DNA of 64,000 nucleotides from Octopus vulgaris. Lineage: Eukaryota. Where the stretch lies: NCBI GenBank assembly GCA_951406725.2, contig OX597831.1, positions 58,900,001 to 58,964,000 on the forward strand, in the 5' to 3' direction. Position numbers and translations under genes: made by a program. Each line of letters starts with the position of its first letter. Position 1 is the stretch's first letter. Positions 28,545-42,610 of this stretch are shown in pieces. The notes beneath the pieces are model-generated. The model saw only the letters and a program-made list of their open reading frames with translations. It ran no database searches and was not told the DNA's origin.

Positions 28545-29927
28545 TATATATATATATATAAAATTTTGGATAATGCAGACACACACAGTTACATCAATTA
28601 GAACGTAAGAAGCTGGTTCAAACTAAGAAAAATGGCTTTGGGTATTTTAGTTTGTCTTCGCTATTTTCGGAGTTCCATTCTCCATGTGATTATTTTGGTA
28701 TTAGTAATCAACTATTTCTCAATAATAAAATCATTATTCCCTCATCTTCCCATGGTTAGGAATAAAAGGCTTACATTTGTGTTCATTTTGGTGATAATTA
28801 TGGTAACACTATCTACCTATTCAGTCATTGCGTAATATGAAATCAAAGCTTAAACGACCACCATTTTTCTTAGTCTTCAATCGCTTGAACACTAGGCTAA
28901 ACAAGAGGTTGTTTCTTTCATGAGAATAGGTCGCATCTAAGTAAAACATGACGAGAATAATTTTAGTATTTCTATTTATTTCATAATACAATTTGAAGAG
29001 ATTTTTATAGGTATTCCGATGTAATAGTAAGCTAAATGTTGTAAACCTGTTGTGATAGAAGAAATGTTCACATTGAGATAATTTTACCGAAATATTGTAT
29101 TAGCTAAACAAAAGTTGTAAAACACGACCAACTGTCTGGCACTAAGTGATGAATGTCATTAAAATATTCTAAATATTTACACTCGAATTTATAATTTATG
29201 ATTTCAGACAAGAATAGTGAGAAGCGTAATTTCAATAATATTCTGTTAGGAAATAAAATAAGAAATAGTGTAAAAGCATAAAACCTATTTCTATTCTATC
29301 TCTTTAACGTAGTTTTAATAGACACTTGCAAATATATCTACTTATTCTCTTGCAAACATACAACGGAAGAGTCTGTCCTAATTGTAAATTATTTCTGACA
29401 CGGTTATAATATCATAAGTTTTAAAGAGATGAGTTCATAGATTTTATTATCTTTGTGCATCACAGGTATGTTTTTTTAACGTCTCCACTGGGAAAAAAGC
29501 CCAGAAGATTCAATAATGATACCTTAGTTTGATACGAGTACCTGATGTTTAGAAAAGAAAAACATGATAAAATAAATATAGGCATTTAGTAAACTGAAAG
29601 CAATTAGTCTCAAAACAGCATTGAAAATCATCTGAAGCAACCCTGTGTTAGCTAATTCCGATTAAGTACCGTGTTTGAAGACATAAGACATAAATCACTC
29701 TTCATTTACAGGTTACGAGCCATAGTTCCTTTATTTGGAAGTGTGACACCTTATAGCTACGTTTCCTAAGTCTCTTCTAAAATTTGGATCAAATGAAATA
29801 TTTTAGAGTATACAAAGTGTAAACAAAATAGCTATTTATGGCTTTAGTCTACGAATATTATTAGATTACAATACAAAATGAAATTTACAAAGTAATTTTG
29901 TCTTCAATAAATGAGTAATATGCTTTT

Positions 29928-30119
29928 ATTCTTTTACCTGTTTCAGTCATTTGACTGCAGCCAAGCTGGAGCACCACCTTTTAGTCGAGCAAATCGACCC
30001 CAGGTCTTATTCTACCGGTCTCTTTTTGTCTATCTGCTAAGTTATAGGGAGATAAACACACCAGCATCAGACATCAAGTGATGTTGGAGGAGGGGCAAAC
30101 ACAACACAAACACACACAC

Positions 30120-30164
<45 letters not shown>

Positions 30165-30305
30165 CTACGGGATTCTTTCAATTTACCGTTTATCAAATCC
30201 ACTCACAAGTCTTTGGTCGGCCCGAGGCTAGAGTAGAAGACACTTACTGAAGGTGTCACACAGCGGGACTGAACCCGGAACTATGTGGTTGGTAAGCAAG
30301 ATACT
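29928..30305 (-). mobile_element. tRNA-derived SINE (family C) with internal CA/TA microsatellite
   Basis: Homologous to 35950-36353; B-box-like gttccgggttcagtccc on the minus strand. Confidence 0.85.
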
Positions 30306-30856
30306 TTATTTCATAAAATTTGTCATATAGAAAGAACAAAGATTGTGTAACTTTGCGGGCTGGACAAACACATTAATGAATGAAAATGAAATAAAATGAA
30401 TAAATGAGAGACGAAACCTAACACCCGCCGATTGGATTTTTCTCGAAAACATATTTTCTTCTTTTAAAAAATCAATATGCGGTTTCAAACCTCTTACAAG
30501 AAGGAGGCACTAAAACCTCTTACATAACATTTTTAAAAACACACAATTGAGGATATAAACCACTACCAATAATTCAATAAGTTGAGGTTTCAAACCCTCT
30601 TACGAGGCTTTTTTCATCTCCTACACATCGATATGTCCACCGATATATTCATCATTATCTTCAATGCCGCTTGACTTCCTGTATCCCGCCATTTCCCATG
30701 CCTCACTCATGTAGGACATGCAAGTTGTATAAGTGCCACACCGGCCATATGCGACACTTCTCCCCAAATCCTTTAAGCCTTTCCCACAAGGGAAACCTCA
30801 CGACCTCCACAGCCATCTGCGGAGGCCACTCGGTATACCGTGTAAAGGGCAAATAA

Positions 30857-31062
30857 TTATTTGCATGAATCAAGTTTTCTTTTATTAGGGAGATTACTGA
30901 AACAGTCAATATCCTCGTAAGGGTATGTACTTATCTATGGTATGTTTGATTATCCTGCCTAGGTCCGTCTTAGAGGCTATATGAGTCTAATTGTAGGGTT
31001 AGTACTAATGTTTGGTTTATGGTCCTTAAGATTAATCCTACGGGGTTTTAGGCTCGTGTAGA
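30857..31062 (-). mobile_element. Penelope-like RT fragment (paralogue of 33601-33803)
   Basis: Nucleotide homology to 33601-33803; encodes the LKDHK...PTIRLI-type segment. Confidence 0.75.
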
Positions 31063-33069
31063 AGTGTGATTTTAAAATCAATGCCCTGCCATACAGAATT
31101 AGATGTCTGGCGTCTCCAGATACTGCAAGAGTGTATACGAAATTTATATAATACAAAGCTGCATTTCTAACCAGTGTTTTGTATTAACACTACTATAGTA
31201 CAAATTTGGAGTTAAGCTTTTCATATGGATTAAATATCAAAGAATATCTGGGAATTGGCTTTCACCCTCTTTTCCAAAATTGTTGTTTTGGGGCAGCGTA
31301 CTTCATTTTTAATCGTACGTTTAACATGGCTGAGAAAGGAATGTACCGTTGTAAAAGGTCTCGAGAAATACATAGTCTGGCGAAGTGAAATAACTGTTCT
31401 CGAATTTGGTTATGTAATAATCACATGTACTTCTATTCTCTTGTTATATTATTGGCCACAACTAGAGGTTGTGGCCAATATTTTTTTTTTTTTTTTAGAA
31501 ATTCAGCTATTCAACTTCAACTCACTTTAATTGTGTGTTTTATCAACTTGCAGTTTTCGAAAGAAGATTCGCAGTAATCATATATGGTCCGGTATATCAA
31601 ACTCTCTGCCGTTACACCACGTTACCACCCTTAGAAAAATAATTTTGCACTGTCACATATATATTTTACCTGTCAGGGACAGGCAAGAAATACATATCGA
31701 CTTATAGAAGTGTCTACTTAAATTATGAAAAAAATATATATTTGTACCCCATATGTATTACTCAAGCAATGGATATGATCTTGTGTTCATCTCACAATAG
31801 TCTATATTTGAATGTGTTGGTTATGGTGCAAGGTACTCTCGACTGAAGTTGATGAAGCTATTACGGTCAAGAGGAAGAGTGGAATTGTCTTGCGATCATT
31901 TCACCTTTATATTTGATTTACAATTCACAAACCCAGTGTGAGTGCAAATAAAAACATACGAATCAGTGATCCACGTTGCCCTATGGGACATCAGTTGATT
32001 CACGTACACGAGGAATAACTTTCACATACTTTACTTTACTCGTAATATATTTGAATACACATGTGGTACCCAAATATCAGGTGACTTGCTAAAGCTTCAG
32101 TTTCAGACTACGTCGCAACGCTACGAATGTTGGGGCGGGTTCAGATGCCCCTACTTCATTCGTGATATTATCTGTACTACACAAATAGGACCAAAGTAGT
32201 TCCTTGCAGTGCTCGAACTCAGATCATAAATGTATTTAACTGTTTCCCAATGCTGTCCATTCTGTGTTGTAAATATCGGCATTTTGCAATAAATATTTTA
32301 TTACAATTATATGAATTTATGTAGGTTCTTTAGCTTTTTTTCCTATTTATTCCTAGGTTTGAAACGTTAGTATTATGTGTCCTGTTGATTGTTTACCTCC
32401 ATAATGCTATTTAAAAAATACAGACAAAAATAATCAACTGGGAATGAGATTCAAAAGAAAACAAATATAATTTTATTCTAGAGATTCGTAAAAGTGATCT
32501 CGAATTGATAATTAAAATTTCATTTATCATTTATGTTAAAATTGCTAATTATCTCAATGCTTATTTGAATGCATAATTAACAATAACACTCCAAAGCAGA
32601 TTTTCTAATTATATAATGTTAATAAGAAACAATAAAAAAAGCAAAACCAAAACAGTAATATTAACATAAACATCAACCCAGCTATTAACAAAATCACGAA
32701 AATTCAATCTCTGTCTATATGGAAAAGAATATTAGCAGCAATAGCAACATTAATAACATCAGAGCACTACCTTATCATTACCAACAACAATAACAGCGTG
32801 AACAAGAATTAAAGCAATTATAGTCAAAATGACATTTGAAATTTCTTTAAAATTATATTTGAATATTTTTTTCCTTTCATCTCTGACTTGCTACTGCGAT
32901 ATAATAAATCAATTTATTGATTTTAAAACACGTCGAAATGATTTTTTTGTGTATTGTTTTCCAAGCCGAAGGTGGGAATGCTGTTTATCTCCTATATACA
33001 ATTTGTGTTAGTATGCTACAAAATAACAACTGACACAAACCTTGCAATTCATTAGATGACTGAGCAAAC

Positions 33070-33910
33070 TAAGGAATCGAAATAAAGAAAGAACGCTTGA
33101 TATGTGTTTTATTGAAACACATGGAATGAAAAGAAAAGTGACCTTCCAATATACAAGAATTCTTTACATAGAAGGGCGAGTCTTTTTTGCCCTTAAGGAC
33201 ATAAGCAATTGGTGACTTTATTTTTTCAAGCATCTTTAGTGTCACTAATGCAGCCTTCTTAGCAGATTTAAAATAATTTAAAAAAAGTTTCTGCATATAT
33301 CTATCTTTAGGATGAAAATGGCATCATCCCTATATAGAAACCCCTCCTATTTCAGGGAATTCCCTGTCTAAGCTAAATAATCTATAAAATCCTTATAAGT
33401 CCTAAATCGATTTCATAGTTATATCAAACATCTCCGGTCTAACCTTTCTAAAACAGTGCTTTCCCTCGCATTTGATCATTGATTTCTAGCCGTTAAAATA
33501 AAGTCTATCTTTTCTGTAGTTCGTGCTGAGATTTTCATAGCAAAAATTGGTGCCTTATTTAGGAGGATTGGGTAAATAGAGGCGTAATAGTTTGAAAAAA
33601 TTATTTGTATGAATCATGTTTTCTTTTATTAGGGAGATTACTAAAAGAGTCAATAACCGTGTAAGGGTGTGTACTTATCTATTGTATGTTTGATCATCCC
33701 GCCTAGGTCCGTCTTAGAGGGTATATGAGTCTAATTGTAAGGTTAATGCTAATGTTTGATTTATGGTCCTTAAGATCAATGCTACGGGTTTTAGGCTCGT
33801 AGAGTTCTGTTTTATCATCTAATCTATATCTTTTTATTATAGATTTGTCTTGCAAGTTAAGTTGTGTTAGGTTGCAGGGATTTGTGATTTTGTAGCTTTT
33901 CATAATTTCA
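33070..33910 (-). mobile_element. Penelope-like element reverse transcriptase pseudogene fragment
   Basis: IDLKDHKSNISINLTIRLIYP...VIDSFSNLPNKRK and LYRDDAIFI (PLE YRDD catalytic motif near 33320-33335). Many deletions. Confidence 0.75.
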
Positions 33911-34009
33911 TTTTTAAATAGTGGTATCAGGACCTAACAATTCACTGTTAGATCGAGTACTACATACGGGCAATTATGGTTAGCCAGCATCTGAAACCGA
34001 CTAATTCTT

Positions 34010-34215
34010 TCATTAGCTTCAGTCGTTTGACTGTGGGCATGCTGGGCCACCGCCTTTTAGTCGAAGAAATCGTTCCACCCAGGAGTTATTCTTTGAAAGC
34101 CTTGTTCTTATTCTCTTTGTCTCTTTTGCCGAACTGCCAAATTACGGGGACGTAAACACACCAATATCGGTTGTCAAGCGATGGTGGGGGGACAAACACA
34201 GACACAAAAACACAT
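34010..34215 (-). mobile_element. SINE family C, 3' half only
   Basis: Homologous to 35965-36170. Confidence 0.8.
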
Positions 34216-34229
34216 TAATATATACAGAC

Positions 34230-34264
<35 letters not shown>

Positions 34265-34434
34265 AGAGACACCAAAAACCTAATACTTCGTCAGTTATCG
34301 ACTGAAAAGTACTAATAACTGGTTATTAGTACTTAACAATAAGATTAGGAATTTCATACATCGATGGCATTTTTCTTTTATGGAATAACTGAATGCCATG
34401 TAGCCCAACTTTTGTTACAAGTTATTATACATAT

Positions 34435-34581
34435 GAAGAAAGCAGAAAATGGAGAAATATTGATGAACAACAATTGACTTGCATCAATTATTATTTATTA
34501 TAAATAATTAATACATAATAAATGATAATTGATGTAAGTCAATTGTTGATCACCGATATTTCTCCATTTCCTATTTTCTTC
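34435..34581. repeat. Imperfect palindrome with ~66-bp arms
   Basis: 34435-34500 pairs with 34516-34581. Confidence 0.85.
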
Positions 34582-34869
34582 AAATTTTGATTCATGATAA
34601 TCTCATGTTTATCCTTGTCTTTACCTAAAATTTACGAGCATAATATGTATGCCCATGGTAAAACATAGGAAATATACCGGTAGTATAATGGACATTGCTA
34701 TTCCTTAGCCGGTTATTTTAACTATTAACTCACATATATATATACACGCATATATATATATCATATATATGTTTATATATATATATATATATATATATAT
34801 CTTTACATACATATATGCATATACATATATATATACATACATACATACATACATATATATATATATATA

Positions 34870-35171
34870 TCACGTGATCACGTGACCAATCAGACCATCA
34901 GATATTGTTACACATCGCTGGTCACAATGCGTTCGCATCGTTTTAGCCCTCGAATGACGCCACCCCGCTGGCTAAGCGAGCAGGCCAATAGAAGAAAGAG
35001 TGGGAGAAAGAGTGGTGAAAGAGAACAGCAGGGATCACCACCCCCTGCCGGAGTCACGTGGAGCTTTTAGGTGTTTTCGCTCAATAAACACTCACAACGG
35101 CCGGTCTGGGAATCGAAACCGCGATCCTGCGACCGCGAGTCCGCTGCCCTAACCACTAGGCCATTGCGCCT

Positions 35172-35172
<1 letters not shown>
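34870..35172 (-). mobile_element. tRNA-derived CORE-type SINE (family B), apparently full length
   Basis: Reverse complement: ggaggcgcaatggcctagtggttagggcagcggactcgcggtcgcaggatcgcggtttcgattccc (A and B boxes) ... tail ending cacgtgatcacgtg. Confidence 0.9.
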
Positions 35173-35250
<78 letters not shown>

Positions 35251-35949
35251 TTGTGTTATGTATCGATGTACATATATGTATGTATATATCTAGGTATATA
35301 TGAATATCTATATTGTTTGAAAATGGTTTTCGCATATGAATTTGAGCTTAAGCTCGGTAATTGTGTTCAATAGGGGCCATTTGGCCTATTGGGAACAATT
35401 TGGACTGTACTTACTAATAGTATTTATATGCTACCCAGATTCAATTTTCATTAGACATTGCCGAAGCAAAACAAAATGAACAGAGTAGCTAAAAATGAAG
35501 TATTGTACTGGATATCATGAAAACCTATGACAGAAAGCTGAAAAATAATAAGTTTTAAGCATGTATTGAATTTGTCGTTTCACATGTTCATTAGATTTTG
35601 TCGCTGCGTGATACCAGTTTACCACTATTGGCTACAGAGCAACATTTTGTTTAATGTTAAACCGAAAACACGAGGCTTTCATTCCCAGCAGAATATTACA
35701 AACGACTTTTACTTGGCATCCACTATAAAATTTTACAAGATATCGTTAACATTGCCAGTAACTATTTATCACTTTCAAATGTAATATTCGGGCAATGTGA
35801 CATGCATGTCCTTTCTGTCACTTTTATATATATCTCAACGAACTGACAATGTTGTTAGAATTTAGAGAGGAAGCCTTGCCGTATTGGGTCCGCTATTCTG
35901 CGTTTTGATTTCAAATGCTGCCAACTTAGACTTTCAGAAGTACTATACT

Positions 35950-36353
35950 CTTTTACTCTTTTACTTGTTTCAGTCATTTGACTGCGGTCATGCTGGAGCA
36001 CCGCCTTTAGTCGAGCAACTCGACCCCGGGACTTATTCTTTTGTAAGCCCAGTACTTATTCTATCGGTCTTTTTTGCCGAACAGCTAAGTAACGGGGACG
36101 TAAACATACCAGCATCGGTTGTCAAGCAATACTAGGGGGACAAACACACTCACACAAACACACACACGCATATATATATATACATATATACGACGGGCTT
36201 CTTTCAGTTTCCGTCTACCAAATCCACTCACAAGGCTTTGGTCGGCCCGAGGCTATAGTGGAAGACACTTGCCCAAGGTGTCACGCAGTGGGACTAAACC
36301 CGGAACCATGTGGTTGGTAAACAAGCTACTTACCACACAGCCATCCTGCGCCT
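35950..36353 (-). mobile_element. tRNA-derived SINE (family C), full length
   Basis: Reverse complement: aggcgcaggatggctgtgtggtaag...ggttccgggtttagtccc...accttgggcaagtgtctt (CORE-like), with a short gtaaaaga-type repeat tail. Confidence 0.9.
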
Positions 36354-36669
36354 ATTATATATATAATGTATACATGTGTTTGTGCGTGTAGATCTATATG
36401 TGTATACATGTGAGTAATTGTATCGGGATGGGTTGAAAGAAAGCGTTTCAAATGAAAATCACGAGTGATATTTTAATCAGTTTCTTTTTTAGTTAAAGGT
36501 AAAGTTAATTCACATTTAGTACTTCTTCGATTTTTATAATGGCATGTCAGGAGTAAAACGGACTCAAATTCTTTTTAAAAAGCACTTATGCATCTCAATA
36601 TTTTCCTGTATATCTGTCTTCCGCCATTTTCTCCATCTTTTATTCCCCTCTGTACGTGCGTGTACGTGT

Positions 36670-36728
<59 letters not shown>

Positions 36729-37074
36729 TGCGCGCGCGATGGATGCGTGCCTACTGTATGTTGCTCTTTATTTCTCGAGTTAGTGTAAGATTTTATCCGA
36801 AGACGTATATTTAAAATTCTCTAAATGAAAACTGTAAGGTTGTATAGAATTTGATTATAACCACAGAGCATCTTATAAATATCTTCTGATTAATTGAAAA
36901 AGACTGCGTATATTACACGAAATAACAATATATGTGGGTCAGATGAAAAGTTCATAGGCTGATGAAAATAATCTCATGAAAGGAAGTTTATTGGTGAAGA
37001 AACGTTCATCTTCTTGGTTTAAAAAGTCACCAACAGCAGATATGACGTCATCATGACTGCGACACTGGTTCCCA

Positions 37075-38010
37075 AAACCCACGCACATATAGATGATATA
37101 TTAATGCACTGAAGGTGTCCCCTGCAGCAGGTGACAAAAAACAGTAGAAATTGTTTGTTTATTTTTGAACTCCGACCAAAACTGAAAAACTAAGATTAAT
37201 CAAGAAACTTCTGTGAGGCTGGAGTTCGGCATCTGGACAAAACAAAACACCCTACTGCGCTCTTGGATTGCATGAACATGCCTCTCTAGATACGAAGATT
37301 TAGGTCCACTGATTATTGGATTATTAACCCTACTGTTAACACATCATAATCTAAAGGCAGACGTTTTGCTACTGCTCATATCAGTATTAAATAACCAAGT
37401 CATGCTGCGAACTCGGAATATTGGAATTGAAGAACGCTAGCTCTGAATGACAGATGGGCACCTCAAAGAAGAAACCGAAACAAATTATAACCGCTTAGCA
37501 ACAAATTTGATGGATGAAACTCATCATGAAATAAATTGAGAATTTGCACGAAAGAAAGGAAAATATCAATATCTCTTGAGTGAGGGCATTATATTAGCAC
37601 AAAAAAGAGAATAAATTGAGGTATCACTTTGTAGGTAAAACAAATGTACATTGGGATATACATTCACAATAACAGAAACCAAAGGCTTTGATATAAAATG
37701 AGAATTACAAGAACTATGGAACTTCCTCATGAATACAGACCATAGAAGCAAGGAGGTGAGTTATGAGTATAAGATGCAAAATAAACAACGTAGGGTCATA
37801 GGTTTTGCAATGATTTATGATAACAAAGAAATTAGTCTTAGAAATTATCAAAGAAATTAGATGGTTGAAAGCAGAGTGCAAGAATAAGACAACACTTATT
37901 CTTGAGTCAATTGGTGCCCTCGGCGCACCCAACAAAATGCTACCTGAAATACTGAAGGATACTGCAATGCAGAGTCGCATTGTTGATCCGCATGAAAAAA
38001 CCAATCCTAT
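37075..38010 (+). mobile_element. Highly degenerate R4/Dong-clade LINE (RT through RLE)
   Basis: Collinear relic motifs HIDDI, LEFG, YEDLG, HHNLKADV, MTDGHLKEETE, LWNFLMNTDH and IGALGAPNKMLPEILK. The later ones follow the same order as in the young copy at 51-52 kb. Confidence 0.6.
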
Positions 38011-38122
38011 ATAAGTACGAGTTCAGGATTGGCGTCCGTTCATCTACTAAGCAGTTAAAAACGCCCCCCGCCCAATATGTTAGTATCTGTGCCTACTCCA
38101 GAAAGGATTATTATAATTCCTC

Positions 38123-38166
38123 TTGCTGTTGTTGTTGTTGCCGTTGCTGTTATTATTATTATTATT

Positions 38167-38251
<85 letters not shown>

Positions 38252-38384
38252 GTAGTAGTAGTAGTAGTAGTAGTAGTGATATTACTAGTGTTAGTATTAG
38301 TTGCAGTAGTAAATAGTGGTAGTAGTAGCAGCAGCAATAATAGTATAGTTGTAGTAGTAATTGCAGCAACAGAAGTAGCTACAA

Positions 38385-38454
<70 letters not shown>

Positions 38455-38455
38455 C
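38123..38455. repeat. Compound trinucleotide microsatellite (TGT-TAT-CAT-TAT-AGT)
   Basis: Direct reading. Confidence 0.95.
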
Positions 38456-38804
38456 GTATGAACCGAAAAACATAGCAAGCGTGATTACGAAATTTAGCTG
38501 ATAACGGCTTGTCAAACAATTTGATAAACAGTTGAACAGCTTCACAAGTCGTTTTCGGCAAATCTTTTGCGTCACAGACATTACGTATCTCTGTCTAATT
38601 AATCATCTACAGAGTCTAGTTTGAAATTAGGTGATTCTTTATACTTAATGAATTCTCTCAACATTTTGTATTGTTTTTAAAGCGATGGCACCAACACCCT
38701 TTCTCCTCACCTCTGTCTCTCTGTATGTATATATATATATATACATATATTTGTATGTGCGTGTGTGTTTGAGTGTGTATGTGTGTGTTGTGTGTGTGAT
38801 CATC

Positions 38805-41075
38805 CTAATCATCACTATAACCCTGTCTAGATTGCACTATCAGAGGTGGCTGTATACCGCTGGCCACACTGCACTTCCAATTTTCCATTGCATCGAATAT
38901 TTGTCTTGCGCCAAATCACTTTATTAAATTGTTTTCCATCGTGATGAAAGCCTACTGAGCAGCCTTTTTGATTTGTTGGGTACCGCTCGGAAACTGCCCA
39001 CGTCTACCTGCTGTCTGTGCACTTTGCAACATGGCTGGTCCAGCAGAACCTGTGGGAAATAGCGGGGAAATGGTTACGAATGGGCAGATGAACAAGTTGC
39101 GTTTTCTTTATGCTGATGATCAGACCATTGTTACACGCGATAAATTGTTTAGAAGCTATTGCAAGTCCTCAACAGGGTGTGCTACAAGTGCACAATCGTC
39201 TTTGAGGAACAAATCTTGAACTATTAGCATCAAAGTCTTAGGTGTTACTTTGTAGCGCTGATGGTTGAACAAGCTACCACTAGTTCTCTATTCGTACTTT
39301 ACTCCTTCTTTAACACCACTGAACGCAGTTTCCAACATGATGGAGAAATACAAAGCAGATAATAGTGGTTCAAGAACACAGTCTTGTTTTGTCCCATTTG
39401 AGACTGTGAATGAATTGCACACTTCCCCGTTGGATGTAACAGAAGCCATCATCCCTTGTTGGAAAGATATAACATTGAGCATCTGTTCTAGAACACCAAG
39501 CATTCTAAGGACAACTCAAAGAGCAACCCTAAATACGGTGTCGACAGCTTTGGTTAGTTCTACAATAGTGACAAAAAGGTCTCGATTGTGCTCGCAAGTC
39601 TTTTCCTGCAACTGCCGTAGGTTAAAAATCATATCCACTGTGCCTCTACCAGCTCAAAATCCACACTTAGATTAAGGCAACACTAAGATGGCAAAAGCAT
39701 CATTTAGTCTGTTTAAGATAATACATCTAAGGATTTTACCAGCAACGCACAGAATGGAGACACCTCTATGGTTATCACATTCACATTTGTTACATTTGTG
39801 GTTATAAAGATGGACAATTGAAGCAGCTTTCAACACCCGTGGGACTAATCGTGATTCACAGATGAAGGAGAAGAGTTCATATACTTGTTCAGCAGGAGTC
39901 TGCTACCATATTTACATATCTCGGCTAGAATGCCATCTTTTCCAGACGGCTTTCATTTCGTGAGCAGTTTTATGTCCTTTTAATTTCAGCATTTGATGGA
40001 ACGACAGACAGTTCTTCAAGGACAGGCCTTTCTGGAAGGTTCATAAACAGTTCTTCACCAGTAATTGAGTTAATATTCAGAAAATTTGAAAAGTGCTCTA
40101 CCCAACGCTTCATGATCTCTTTTTTTCATTTGTTACAAGATTGCCCTATGTTGAATGTATCGGAGTTGAGCGACCAGACACAGGTCCCAAAGCACCCTTT
40201 AAATTCTGGTAGTATGAGCTGGAGTCACATCTGTCCGCAGCATCTTGCAATTCTTGTGCCTTCCTTTGCCACCATATCTGTTTCATTTGCATCAGTTGAG
40301 ATTTCCATGTATTTCCGGCTTTTAAAAACTCATTGTGTTTTGTAGCATTATTTCTGTTTGACATGCATTGACAGTGACGCTTCTGCATATTGTCCAACAG
40401 GGAATAAATGTTTGGATCATTTAAGTCAAACCAATCCTGGTGCTTCCTCTTAACATACCCAAGTGCTTCCTCTTAACATACTCAAGTGCTTCACAAGCTC
40501 ACTCATATAGAGCATTTTTAAAAGCAGACGATGCTGAGTCACTATCTATTGTGTCTGAAATGCTAGTAAGTTTTGTCACAAGTTGTTTCAAATGAGGTTA
40601 AATTGTCATTGTTACTCATTTTTGCCATAACCATTTTTCGAATAGGACTGCGGATATGAGAATTTACCTTTGGTCGTATCAGTCTATGGATCGACGAGAA
40701 CGCCCCAATGGAGAAAGAACGTATTACGCATGAAAGACATCACATTTATGTAATCAATGAAGTGACAATGGTTTGATTAGGGATGCTTTCAGGTAGTTTT
40801 GTGGTGGTTGGGGAGTTGGAAAATAATATTGGTAATCAAAAGCCCATACGCACTGCGAATCGATAGCAGCAGACGGCTGTTTGAGCTTGCGTTGCTAACC
40901 ACATGCCTCCCTCTTTCGTCACCCCATATGGATGTACCACAGCCTACACTTGCATTGAAATTACCAAGGGAGAGAAGTTTATGGTGGATGGAGACGCCTC
41001 TCAACTGGCTACGTAGCTCAGAGTAGAATTGCTCTTTGGCTAATTCATTTGAGTTCATGGTGCACATATACATAT
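38805..41075 (-). mobile_element. RTE-clade LINE pseudogene (APE endonuclease plus RT)
   Basis: KEQFYSEL...LGNFNASVG...NSRLLL...LLITNIIFQLPNHHKTT (APE); WWQRKAQELQDAAD; CDNHRGVSIL; NGTKQDCVLEPLL; DLFLKDDCALVAH...GLIISIKKT (RT). Many stops and frameshifts. Confidence 0.92.
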
Positions 41076-41711
41076 ATATACATTTCTACAGAGACGCGCA
41101 CAGCACACACACACACACACATGTCTGTATGTATATTTACATACACAAATACTCTTCTAATTTTCACACCAACTGGAGGTATTTGAATTTTGCGTATTCC
41201 TGTCAATTCATATTTTACAGTATACATACATGCATACACACACACACATATATATAAACCAACACACATACGCACTACATTAATAACTCTTTTTAGTCAA
41301 TTCTCTAAGTCTTATATTGTAATACATTTTATTTATTTTCTTTTACTATTTGCTGATATAATTTTTTCCTTTTTTATAATGCTAACACGGCAATGGTAAA
41401 AATAAATATCTTCTAATTTCCAAATGCCCTATAAAATCTATTTAATCCAGAATACCCACTAGGAAAAACATAATTTTATTCACACAACTTTTCGGTTTCT
41501 AAACTGCTGTTTGGTTTAACCTGTAAAGATTATCAAAATGTTTTAACTATGCATTAAATTTGATGCATCGATGCACTAATCCAGGACTGCTAAGAAATCA
41601 TCCCTTCCCCCCGGGAATATTTTGAAATTTGAGAAATTTAAAACGAATTTCTTATTTTCAGTAGGCATTTCGACACATCCTTTCGCAGAGAAGTCGCAGT
41701 ATTTAACACTG

Positions 41712-42125
41712 GCTTCAAATTTTGACACAAGTGCTGCGATTTGAGGGAGGAGTTATTTGGTTACATCAGTCCCAGTGTTCAATTGGTACTTCATTTATCG
41801 ACCCTGAAAGGATGAATGGCTAATCGACTGCGTCAGAATTTGAACTAAGAACGAAAAGTTTGACGAAAAGCCGTTTGTCCAGCGTGCTAACTATACTGCC
41901 AATTGCTCTCTTTATTTAGTATTGGCTTCAAATTTTGGCAGAAGTCGAGCAGTTTTGGGGAGGGGTATGCCTATTACATTGATCCCGGTGCTGGCCTGGT
42001 ACTTAATTTATTTACCCCGAAAAGATGGAAGGCATATCAACCGAGCAGTAATTTAAATTCAGAACGAAAAGATTGCCGAGGTGCAGTTAAGCGTTTTGTC
42101 CGTGGCGCAAATGATTCAATCAACT
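41712..42125 (-). mobile_element. Two old tandem copies of a SINE family A relative
   Basis: Both start ggcttcaaatttt and carry the reverse complement of the family A core and head. Confidence 0.7.
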
Positions 42126-42149
42126 AATTACCTATTTACTATTTAAAAT

Positions 42150-42610
42150 TTGGTTTCAAATTATGGCACAAGGCCAGCAAGTTCAGGGGAAGGGTATGTC
42201 GTTTACAGCGGCGATCTGGCAGAAACGTTAGCACGCCAAGCGAAATGCTTCGTGGTATTTCATCTGCGGCTACATTCTGAGTTCAAATTCCGCCGAGGTC
42301 GACTTTGCCTTTCATCCTTTCGGGGTCGATAAATTAAGTACCAGTTACGCACTGGGGTCGATATAATCGACTTAATCCGTCTGTCTGTCCTTGTTTGTCC
42401 TCTCTGTGTTTAGCCCCTTGTGGGTAGTAAAGAAATATGTATGTCGTTTACAGCGACCCTCAACGCTGAAATTGTACATATTTTACCGACCACGAAAGGG
42501 TGAAAAGCAAAGTCGACCTTGGCGGACTTCAATGTTGTACGTAAAACAGACGAAATGCAGCTAAAAGTTTTGCCCGGCGTACTAACAACTCAATCAAGTC
42601 GCTACCTTAA
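42150..42610 (-). mobile_element. Old SINE (family A relative) interrupted by a younger antisense SINE
   Basis: The two halves are 42150-42210 and 42439-42610. Confidence 0.75.
42208..42438 (+). mobile_element. Young SINE family A with target-site duplication of up to 17 bp
   Basis: gtatgtcgtttacagcg occurs at 42194-42210 and 42439-42455. Confidence 0.92.

Noticed and set aside
30480-30625. Minus-strand aagcctc-gtaa-gagggttt-GAAAC hairpin resembling a hammerhead stem II
   Set aside because: The core reads ATGAAAA rather than CTGANGA and there is no cleavage triplet or stem I; too degenerate to call.
37980-38581. Homopolymer ORFs (poly-Y/H/I/L/T/N/V)
   Set aside because: They are translations of a compound trinucleotide microsatellite in all frames.
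39100-39135. Plus-strand FLYADD motif suggesting an inverted RT segment
   Set aside because: The minus strand continues collinearly as RTE RT (DDCALVAH...GLIISIKKT), so the plus-strand YADD is coincidental antisense.
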